This document shows, in pieces, positions 16,862 to 23,845 of a stretch of 42,210 nt of DNA. Position 1 is the stretch's first letter, and each line of letters starts with the position of its first letter. Under the pieces are notes generated by a model. That model did no database searches. It saw nothing but the letters and a program-made list of their open reading frames with translations, and was not told where the DNA came from. The stretch lies in IMG/VR virus record IMGVR_UViG_3300007351_000027. One strand, written 5' to 3'. Source of the stretch: a virus. The translations under genes and the position numbers were made by a program.

Positions 16862-17174
16862 CTGAGAGCATGACGGAGAGATTCAGCATGTCGCTGTTCT
16901 TACGCTGCCCGACGTACAGCATGTCACCCACCTGCAGGCTTTGCAGGCACTCCAAGATTTCTTCATTGATAAATACCGAATGCCCACTCTTGCCAGGGAA
17001 CAAGCCCGTAATGTTCTTCCACTCACGGTCCTGCTGCTCCTGTTGCTGTTGCCGGCCACGACCTTTGAAGTTGCTTTTGCCGCCGCCGCTATTCCCGCCA
17101 CGGCGGAAGTTGCTGCCTCCACCGCCACGATTGCCGCCACCACTGTAGCTCTTTCGACCATTCCCCCAAGCCAT
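16824..17174 (-). CDS. RGG/Gly-rich low-complexity protein with a compact C-terminal domain (possible nucleic-acid-binding protein)
   Basis: N-terminal GNGRKSYSGGGNRGGGGSNFRRGGNSGGGKSNFKGRGRQQQQEQQ, followed by about 60 ordered residues. Overlaps the HNH paralogue 1 start by 38 nt. Confidence 0.5.
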   Translation of the reverse strand: MAWGNGRKSYSGGGNRGGGGSNFRRGGNSGGGKSNFKGRGRQQQQEQQDREWKNITGLFPGKSGHSVFINEEILECLQSLQVGDMLYVGQRKNSDMLNLSVMLSDGSEQGGGNEGN

Positions 17175-17401
17175 TATTCAACAACCTCCATACTCAGCGT
17201 ATTATCACCATCAAACACCAATCCATACTGTTTCAGATATTCAACTTCACGAGGCCACAGTCTGACCGACCTTCCGGGGGTCAATGTCAACAATAGATGC
17301 TCTGTGCCATCGGAAGTTTCTGCCAGCAAATCAACATCCTGTCCGTCTTCTCTCAAAAAGAAGTGAAGATCATCTTTGCTATTCCGTACTTTGAATCCCA
17401 C
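17174..17401 (-). CDS. Hypothetical acidic protein
   Basis: 75 aa. Its stop overlaps the RGG-protein start by one base. Confidence 0.5.
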   Translation of the reverse strand: MGFKVRNSKDDLHFFLREDGQDVDLLAETSDGTEHLLLTLTPGRSVRLWPREVEYLKQYGLVFDGDNTLSMEVVE

Positions 17402-17404
17402 TGC

Positions 17405-17887
17405 TTATCCCTCCTTACTTGTCTTTCGTTTGTTATACGCCTGTTGACTCCATGTTGCCCATCGGCAATTGCCAGGCTCATAATTGCCATCTACATTAAT
17501 TCTATCTATCGTCATGCCTACAGACGGCTTTTCGCCCATATCTGCTAAGAAGTTTTCAAACAACATCCAGCGTTCGCAGACACTAATCCCCCTCCCACCG
17601 TAATGAATATAAGCATCATGCTTAGGATTAAAACAGCGTTGCTTCATCGCATACCAAGAAAGGTATGTGCTCCCTTTCCCTTTTTGGCTTTGACCATGCT
17701 TAAAACTTCTAGTAGCTGTAGCTTCCCGATGTAAGCATCCACAAGATTTAGTGTTGCCTGACTGCAAGTTGTACTCAAGAACAATCAGGATCTCACCGCA
17801 CGAACACTCACACCAATAACGAGCTTGCCATCGTTTGCTGGATTTAGCTCGGTTAATGACAGTCAGCCTGCCAAAATTAGCCTTCAC
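17405..17887 (-). CDS. HNH-like endonuclease-family protein, paralogue 2
   Basis: YWCECSCGE...SCGC and YGGRGISVCERWMLFENFLADMGEKPSVGMTIDRINVDGNYEPGNCRWAT. GTG start. Confidence 0.65.
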   Translation of the reverse strand: MKANFGRLTVINRAKSSKRWQARYWCECSCGEILIVLEYNLQSGNTKSCGCLHREATATRSFKHGQSQKGKGSTYLSWYAMKQRCFNPKHDAYIHYGGRGISVCERWMLFENFLADMGEKPSVGMTIDRINVDGNYEPGNCRWATWSQQAYNKRKTSKEG

Positions 17888-17984
17888 GGCTAGTCAGAAA
17901 CCATTGCACCAATCGCTGATCCGCGTTTGGACTGATGATCAGCCTCATCCCATTCTTCAGCAAGATCACTGTTTTGCCGTTCAT
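17877..17984 (-). CDS. Possible 35-aa micro-protein
   Basis: Hand-translated: MNGKTVILLKNGMRLIISPNADQRLVQWFLTSREG. ATGA overlap with the upstream stop. Its end overlaps the GTG of HNH paralogue 2. Confidence 0.35.
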   Translation of the reverse strand: MNGKTVILLKNGMRLIISPNADQRLVQWFLTSREG

Positions 17985-18193
17985 ACCAGTACCTCATCGT
18001 ATTCAGCAACAAGTGAGATGCCATTCGGCGGCTCTACCTCATTGATACCGCAGTCATTTTCCTTACAAATAACATCGCGCCACTTGTCTAGAGCCTCTTC
18101 GTATGTCTTAGCTAAAACGAACAACGGCCTATCTGAATCCTGAACATAGTAGAGATTTCGGTTTTCAGAATCGCAATGCATTTTAGGATGCAT
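17981..18193 (-). CDS. Hypothetical protein
   Basis: Start set at ATG 18193 (MHPKMHCDSEN...), sharing a TAATG overlap with the upstream gene. The track start is 18226. Confidence 0.5.
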   Translation of the reverse strand: MHPKMHCDSENRNLYYVQDSDRPLFVLAKTYEEALDKWRDVICKENDCGINEVEPPNGISLVAEYDEVLV

Positions 18194-18537
18194 TACGCCG
18201 TCCCCCGAGGCTTCCGAGCCGGCCATGACCGCTTCGGAGCTTCTGCAGGTCCAGCAGTCTCAGTCGCAGGAGCAGCGGCCTCTTCCACCTGAGCCGTGTC
18301 TGCCGTATCCGGCGTAGGGTATTTGGGAGCCCCCGTCACATCTCGCAACGTCTGCTTCCGAGGCCGGCCCACTGGACGCGGAGCCTGCTCAGCAGCAGCT
18401 TCCTTCGTATTCCGAATGTCGGCATTTAGCACCGCCTGCCGATACTCATGTACCAGGTCAATTAACTTACCCGGCACATTCACCGAGTCGATCATCTGCA
18501 ACGCCAATTCTTGATGCTCTTGCTTGTCAAACTGCAT
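18193..18537 (-). CDS. Hypothetical protein with AT-hook-like GRPRK motif and Pro/Ala-rich tail
   Basis: 114 aa. Helical N-terminal domain, then PRPVGRPRKQ and low-complexity PTPDTADTAQVEEAAAPATE. Confidence 0.5.
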   Translation of the reverse strand: MQFDKQEHQELALQMIDSVNVPGKLIDLVHEYRQAVLNADIRNTKEAAAEQAPRPVGRPRKQTLRDVTGAPKYPTPDTADTAQVEEAAAPATETAGPAEAPKRSWPARKPRGTA

Positions 18538-18808
18538 ACGATTTAGCCTCCGACTTAGTAGTTACAACATGTTCAACGACAAGCCTACCAATAACCCGGC
18601 GCAGGTTATGGCTGATTACACATCTAGTAACCTGCTCCAAAGACCCCCTAGAAGAGAAGTACGACGACACCCCATCCAAATCCGCTAAAATGTACATTAC
18701 GTCTGTGCCATTTAACGGAGATCCGGCGTTTACAACAATATAGTGCTCGTTATTTTCATCCACAAAAATCTGCCCCGGCTTCACAGTTTCCGTGTTATCA
18801 CACGGCAT
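18527..18808 (-). CDS. Hypothetical protein
   Basis: 93 aa. ATG preceded by GGAGGAAAGGGG, which lies in the end of the upstream micro-ORF. Confidence 0.5.
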   Translation of the reverse strand: MPCDNTETVKPGQIFVDENNEHYIVVNAGSPLNGTDVMYILADLDGVSSYFSSRGSLEQVTRCVISHNLRRVIGRLVVEHVVTTKSEAKSYAV

Positions 18809-18811
18809 GGT

Positions 18812-18973
18812 TTACCCCTTTCCTCCAAGATGGTCCATTTCAGCCTTAATGAACATATCCGCTACTTCATTCGCTGTCGGCACAGGGCGGTTAGGATCTG
18901 CCAGTGCCGAGGCGTACTCGTTGTAAAACTGCCGCTGCGCCCGAGCCAGCGCATTCTTGTCTACTTTCTCCAT
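18812..18973 (-). CDS. Small protein (53 aa, below the track cutoff)
   Basis: Hand-translated: MEKVDKNALARAQRQFYNEYASALADPNRPVPTANEVADMFIKAEMDHLGGKG. SD AAAGGAGAAG upstream. Confidence 0.5.
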   Translation of the reverse strand: MEKVDKNALARAQRQFYNEYASALADPNRPVPTANEVADMFIKAEMDHLGGKG

Positions 18974-19093
18974 CTATTTCTTCTCCTTTCCGCATAACAA
19001 CGCATGGTCCTTGATTTCCTTAGCAGTGAATTGGAACACTTCAGTGCAATGATCACACTTTCGATCTTTCACAGCTTTAGCTTCTCGTCCCAT
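18974..19093 (-). CDS. Small protein (39 aa) with a CDHC...C motif
   Basis: Hand-translated: MGREAKAVKDRKCDHCTEVFQFTAKEIKDHALLCGKEKK. Perfect SD AGGAGG 4 nt upstream. First gene after the 19111-19137 terminator. Confidence 0.5.
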   Translation of the reverse strand: MGREAKAVKDRKCDHCTEVFQFTAKEIKDHALLCGKEKK

Positions 19094-19110
19094 TACGCCT
19101 CCTTCAAGTA

Positions 19111-19137
19111 ATAAAAAACCCTGCCACCTGAGCAGGG
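19111..19137 (-). terminator. Rho-independent terminator (minus strand)
   Basis: Minus strand reads CCCTGC-tcaggtg-GCAGGG followed by TTTTTTAT. Confidence 0.7.
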
Positions 19138-19428
19138 TCTAGGTTGTTGCTGGGAGCCGCCAGCGGTCCTTGCGTCCTTCAGCTATTGGCCCCAGCTAAG
19201 CTTTTTTACCAGCACTCCTAAAATTTAAGCCCACTTCCGGCGTCCTATAAGGGAACGCTCGCCTCGTGACAGGCACTCCGATTTGAGCAGGCTGATACGC
19301 CACGGCCACCTGCTATTTGTCGGCTCTTCCGCATCAAAGTGTCAGCGTACCCGGGGTCTGACACTGGCGTTAGTTTATAATACGGAAGCGGGCTTACTGC
19401 TTTATGCTGATATTCTCTACTCGTTTAA
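19111..19428 (-). ncRNA. Candidate structured ncRNA or long structured polA 3' UTR (~315 nt)
   Basis: No ORF with an SD. Nested stems seen by eye: CTTCCG/CGGAAG enclosing GTGTCAG/CTGACAC, AGCAGG/CCTGCT, and GCTGGGGCC/GGCTCCCAGC. Bounded by a candidate promoter and the terminator. Confidence 0.3.
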
Positions 19429-19433
19429 CAGTC

Positions 19434-19462
19434 ACTATAACAGCTTTATTCCCACCTATCCA
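19434..19462 (-). promoter_or_regulatory. Candidate extended -10 promoter overlapping the polA stop
   Basis: Minus strand reads TGGATA (19457-19462), 17 nt, TGtTATAGT (-10 at 19434-19439). The -35 is weak. Confidence 0.3.
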
Positions 19463-21839
19463 GCACTGCTACCTCTGCTGTAATCGGCACTGCCATATCC
19501 ACGCCAAAAGCTGCCTTGATCAGCCCATTCAAATTACCAGCTACCCGCTCAACAGCTGCAAGTGCAATTGCGTCATCCTTCGGAGCCACATCATCTATAA
19601 ACGCATCGTGTCCCTCTTGCACCATCAGCGGAAGCCCCCGATGCCACACAAGCCGCTTATACTCGTCCTGCACTGCCAGCCGGTAAATCACCAGAATCGA
19701 ATGCCCGGCTGACTGCACGATACGATTGATCGCCTCTCGCTCGATGGCCGGCGTAATTGCCTGATCAAACTCCCACCACTGGCCAAACGGATTCTCGATC
19801 TCACCAGTCGAGTGTAACTTCTGCAGCACATGCTCTTTCCAGCGGCTAACGCCGGGGTAGAGATTCTGCACCTTATGGTACAGCCTCCAATCCTCCTTCC
19901 CCGCTACTGCAAATAGCTTCTCTGGCCCAGCTCCGTACACGCCGGCAAAGTTAAACGTCTTGCCGATCTTCCGTTGCTCCGGCGTCACTTGCTCAGGCCG
20001 GATGCCAAATACACGAGCAGCAGCGTCCCTATGGATATCGACACCATCAATAAAAAGCTGACAAAGTTTCGGATCTGCACTGAGATGGGAAATGATGCGG
20101 TACTCGATGGCAGACAAGTCGCTGACAAGCAACTTACCGCCGATATAACGAGAAGTAAATAGTCCACGTAGCGGTTTCTCCACATTCTGCATGTTCGGCT
20201 GCTTACATCGCAGCCTAGTTGTCTCTGCCCCTGACACCTGGTAGTGAGCATGAATCAGTCCGTCACCGTCAGGATGCCAAATCTTGCGCCGGTACTCGTA
20301 GCAATTCGTATTCAGCTTCTTATGCGTGCTCTTGACTTCGAGCAGCAACTTCGCAGCCGGACACTTGTCTTGGATCTCGCCCAACACCTGCTCATTTGTC
20401 GCATCAACATCAAAGCCCATCGCATGAAATAGCGCCTTCATCTGCTGAGGGCTATCGACGTTAATCCCTGCTTCCTCAAATCGAGCCACAAAGTCAGCCT
20501 GCTTCTTCGGCAACTTCGACGGATCTTTCGACTTGATTTGCGCCGTGGCGATATGTAAGAAGTCAGCCTTGTAACGCCAAGCCAGCTCCTGCAGCTCCTT
20601 CTCTTTTACTGCTGCATACGTCTCCAGCTCTGCGATCTTGTTATCAAGTGCTGCCGGATCAACCGCAATACCGTTCAGCTCCGTGTCGCGGATTGCCGGC
20701 AGATAATCCATTGCCAGCTGAAAGCTTGATGACGGATGCTCTTCCTTCTGCTGATCCCTGAATAGGGCATAGTGATACATCAAATCCAGCGTCAAGTACG
20801 GTTCAATCAGCTCCGGCATTTGACTGGATAAGATGCCTCGATCCCACTCCGTATGCACCTTGGCTTCATATGCTGAGGCTCCGTACATTGACTTTGCCAG
20901 CCACTTCAAGCCAACACTATGACGACTCCGCTTCGGCTGCGTCGTATGCCACAAATACGTGTCGTGAAACGTGGCTTTTGGAAACTCGATGCCTTCAGCT
21001 CCGAGGAACACCACGTCGCCCTTGATGTTGTGGCCATAGATAACGCCAGTATATTCAGCAGCCAACTTCTTCAGCAGGGAATAGAAGCCGGGATGATCGG
21101 ACGGATGTAACTCAGGAATCAAACAGAACCACGTTCCGTCCGTCAGCCCGAGCATGGCTAGCTTGCCGCCCTCGTAAGGATAGACAAACTGCTCATCCCG
21201 ATCACGAGCATCTTTAGGCACGTCGATTTCAATATCCAAACCAATGGCCGGCTGTTGAAACAGCTCGATTAAATACTGATCCATAGGCAGCCCCGGCACA
21301 ATAAACTTTCGATCTGGTAACTCATACTGAAATGGGCGCAGCACCGTCTCTAGTACTACTCGTGCGTGCTCTCGCTTCTCATCAAACTGCCATTGGCTGA
21401 TGCCATACGTATGCTGAACAAGGTGCTGATCCTTCATGCGGGCTTTGTACAGCAGCCCACCCTTGCCTTCCAGCTTCCGCACGCCGCCATAGAGCGAGCT
21501 AACAGCTTCCTCGCCAATCGTCACAATCGGCAGAGTCGGGTATTGCAGTAGCAGCGGGTTGACGTACGCTTCCCGGCATTCTTTGATCACCGGCAAATCC
21601 GGCTTGTACCGATTGCGGCAATTCGCCGCAGCTACGATCACCGGAGTAATGTCAAGCCCGTCACACACCTGCTGCAACGTGTCCAGCTCATTCTGCGTCA
21701 ACGGCTGCGTCACCAACAGAATGATGTTAGGGGCCATCTCAGGGTCATCAAACGGCTCAACAAACTGCTTCTCCTTCTGTACACCCCAAGGGCAACTTGC
21801 ACAGCCGGGAATCTTCAATGGCTTCTTAGCCTTTGACAC
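19446..21839 (-). CDS. Family-A DNA polymerase with 3'-5' exonuclease domain and an N-terminal UDG-fold-like domain
   Basis: Exo motifs GLDIEID, HNIKGDVVFL, YLTLDLMY. Pol motifs DLSAIEYR (A), RKIGKTFNFAGVYG (B), GHDAF (C). The N-terminal ~190 aa (GCASCPW...IILLVTQP...IVTIGEEA) has a family-4 UDG-like layout (tentative). Confidence 0.9.
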   Translation of the reverse strand: MSKAKKPLKIPGCASCPWGVQKEKQFVEPFDDPEMAPNIILLVTQPLTQNELDTLQQVCDGLDITPVIVAAANCRNRYKPDLPVIKECREAYVNPLLLQYPTLPIVTIGEEAVSSLYGGVRKLEGKGGLLYKARMKDQHLVQHTYGISQWQFDEKREHARVVLETVLRPFQYELPDRKFIVPGLPMDQYLIELFQQPAIGLDIEIDVPKDARDRDEQFVYPYEGGKLAMLGLTDGTWFCLIPELHPSDHPGFYSLLKKLAAEYTGVIYGHNIKGDVVFLGAEGIEFPKATFHDTYLWHTTQPKRSRHSVGLKWLAKSMYGASAYEAKVHTEWDRGILSSQMPELIEPYLTLDLMYHYALFRDQQKEEHPSSSFQLAMDYLPAIRDTELNGIAVDPAALDNKIAELETYAAVKEKELQELAWRYKADFLHIATAQIKSKDPSKLPKKQADFVARFEEAGINVDSPQQMKALFHAMGFDVDATNEQVLGEIQDKCPAAKLLLEVKSTHKKLNTNCYEYRRKIWHPDGDGLIHAHYQVSGAETTRLRCKQPNMQNVEKPLRGLFTSRYIGGKLLVSDLSAIEYRIISHLSADPKLCQLFIDGVDIHRDAAARVFGIRPEQVTPEQRKIGKTFNFAGVYGAGPEKLFAVAGKEDWRLYHKVQNLYPGVSRWKEHVLQKLHSTGEIENPFGQWWEFDQAITPAIEREAINRIVQSAGHSILVIYRLAVQDEYKRLVWHRGLPLMVQEGHDAFIDDVAPKDDAIALAAVERVAGNLNGLIKAAFGVDMAVPITAEVAVLDRWE

Positions 21840-22986
21840 ACAGCACCTGTCGCAATTGCGTGACTATTTTGACTAGATCCTCTTGCTGCTGAATAACTGA
21901 TTCAATCGGTTTGTAAGCACCAGGAATCTCGTCAAGCACAGCAGCATCCTTACGGCACTCGACCCCATGGGTCTGGGCTGCCAGATCGTCGATGGTGAAC
22001 GATCGCTTGGCCTGCCCACGAGACATCTTTCGCCCGGCCCCATGCGACGCAGAGCAGAACGACTCGGGATTGCCGAGACCGCGCACAATGAACGACGAGG
22101 TACCCATTGAGCCCGGGATAATGCCGAATTCGCCTTCTCGGGCGCTGATCGCACCCTTCCGGGTGACGAAGACTTCTTCCCCGAAATGGACTTCCTCCGA
22201 GACATAGTTGTGGTGGCACTGAATCGGCGGATCGAAGTTAACCATCAGGCCATGAAACGCCGCGCTGACCACGGCCATAAGACGCGCCAGCATCACCGAC
22301 CGGTTCAGGTACGCATACCGCTGTGCCCACAGCAGATCATGGCGGTACGCGGCCATTTCTGGCGTGCCAGCCAAGAACACGGCGAGGTCTCGATCGGGCA
22401 GGTCATGATTGTGTGCGAGCGTCTTGGCAGTCTCAATATGGATCTCGGCCAGCGTTTTGCCGATGTTGCGTGACCCCGAGTGCAGCATGATCCACACCGT
22501 GTCGTGGGTATCCAGGCATACCTCAATGAAGTGATTCCCGCCCCCGAGCGTCCCGAGCTGGCGCCGTGCCCGGCCTTCCAGATCCTGGACCTCACGCGCT
22601 AAGCACTCGAAGGTCTCAAACAGGTCCGCCCCGCTATGGACGGGATCGGGATGGTCACTGAACCCTACCGGAATGGTCGCCTCTATCTCAGCGCGCAAGG
22701 CAGAGAGGGTATCTGGAAGCTGTGCGGCCGTCAGGGAGGTCTTCACCGCCGCCATGCCGCATCCAATGTCCACGCCCACGGCTGCGGGGCTTATGGCGTT
22801 CTTCATCGCAATGACGGAGCCAACGGTAGCACCCTTCCCGTAATGCACATCTGGCATGACTGCAACGTGGTGATACGCCCACGGCAACGCAGCGATGTTC
22901 TTCAACTGATCAAGTGCCTGTAACTCCACTTCATACACAGGAGCCCACAGCTTAATCGGCACTACCTTTCCTTGAAGAGTATCCAT
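21826..22986 (-). CDS. rtcB: RtcB 3'-phosphate/5'-hydroxyl RNA ligase
   Basis: 386 aa carrying the RtcB signature blocks VDIGCGM, GGGNHFIE, LHSGSRNIG, CHHNY and SASHGAGR. SD TAGGAGAAA. Overlaps the polA start by 14 nt. Confidence 0.93.
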   Translation of the reverse strand: MDTLQGKVVPIKLWAPVYEVELQALDQLKNIAALPWAYHHVAVMPDVHYGKGATVGSVIAMKNAISPAAVGVDIGCGMAAVKTSLTAAQLPDTLSALRAEIEATIPVGFSDHPDPVHSGADLFETFECLAREVQDLEGRARRQLGTLGGGNHFIEVCLDTHDTVWIMLHSGSRNIGKTLAEIHIETAKTLAHNHDLPDRDLAVFLAGTPEMAAYRHDLLWAQRYAYLNRSVMLARLMAVVSAAFHGLMVNFDPPIQCHHNYVSEEVHFGEEVFVTRKGAISAREGEFGIIPGSMGTSSFIVRGLGNPESFCSASHGAGRKMSRGQAKRSFTIDDLAAQTHGVECRKDAAVLDEIPGAYKPIESVIQQQEDLVKIVTQLRQVLCVKG

Positions 22987-23003
22987 CCGTTTTTCTCCTA
23001 AAA

Positions 23004-23080
23004 TGGTCTGCGAGGCAGGATTTGAACCTGCGGCCTCCTGGTTCCAAGCCAGGTCGTCTACCAGACTGACTTACTCGCAG
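23004..23080 (-). tRNA. tRNA-Pro: tRNA-Pro (anticodon UGG), CCA-encoded, 77 nt
   Basis: Hand-folded: acceptor CTGCGAG/CTCGCAG, anticodon stem CCTGG/CCAGG with loop CTTGGAA, T-arm GCAGG-TTCAAAT-CCTGC, A73, CCA. C1:G72 and A73 are as in bacterial tRNA-Pro. D-stem has one A-G mismatch, and position 37 is A. Confidence 0.85.
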
Positions 23081-23845
23081 TTAACTAAGCATCTCCTGCA
23101 CCTGCGCTTCGCTAAAATCCGTGGGGTCTTTCCCGTCTACGCTATAAATCTTTACCGTCTTTGCTACGGTGGACAACTGCTCCGCAATCTCCACCGAGCC
23201 GGCAAAGCCGGGCAAATCTCCGTCCAGCGCAATCACCACATCCCGGCCTGCCAATTGAGCATTGAGACTACCGTTGTAGTGCCTACCACACAAGCCCACG
23301 CTATCAGCCCATTGCGAAATGTAGGCTGCGTCTCCGATGCCTTCACAGAGTACGACCTTGCCGTACTTCTTCGGCCCCAGCGCCCAGCTGATCCAATGGT
23401 GCCGAGGGCCGGGCGGATTAAGATAGGGGCGAGGGGCGTCACCCATTGCCCGAGCCACGAACCATTTGCACTGTTGCTGCTCGTCGTAGACGGGAAGAAT
23501 CAGGTACCAACAATCACCAATGAACCGTTCAAGCTCCGGATACGTAGCAGATAACACATCAGGTAAGCACCAACCAATTCTATGCTGCAGTATCGTCGTC
23601 ATCGGAACAGGCCACGGTTGCAGATTTGCCCACTCGTCATCAGCCACAAACTGTTTTGTGGGTGGCAGCCCTCGCCACTCTCCAGCCACCCGCATCGAGT
23701 GCTCTGATTCCTCTGCTTCCCACACCGAGCCGCAACCAAAGCACTTCATCAGCTTATTACCGTCTCGGCTAAACTCTGACCAATAGCTCTCTCTACGGCA
23801 GCTACACGTCACGTTCCACCTGTCCTTCAATCTGCATGGTGTCAA
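23081..23845 (-). CDS. DNA primase (zinc finger plus Toprim domain)
   Basis: N-terminal CSC...CFGCG, Toprim VVLCEGIGDAAY and IALDGDLPG. Stop codon abuts tRNA nucleotide 1. Start overlaps the helicase end, so the exact start is uncertain. Confidence 0.8.
   Translation of the reverse strand: MTPCRLKDRWNVTCSCRRESYWSEFSRDGNKLMKCFGCGSVWEAEESEHSMRVAGEWRGLPPTKQFVADDEWANLQPWPVPMTTILQHRIGWCLPDVLSATYPELERFIGDCWYLILPVYDEQQQCKWFVARAMGDAPRPYLNPPGPRHHWISWALGPKKYGKVVLCEGIGDAAYISQWADSVGLCGRHYNGSLNAQLAGRDVVIALDGDLPGFAGSVEIAEQLSTVAKTVKIYSVDGKDPTDFSEAQVQEMLS

Noticed and set aside
19111-19440. Y-RNA or tRNA-like module, or tmRNA, next to rtcB-polA
   Set aside because: I found no T-loop (GTTCRANYC-type) or acceptor-like stem with CCA, and no Ro60/Rsr gene is present. 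It is kept only as a generic structured-RNA candidate.
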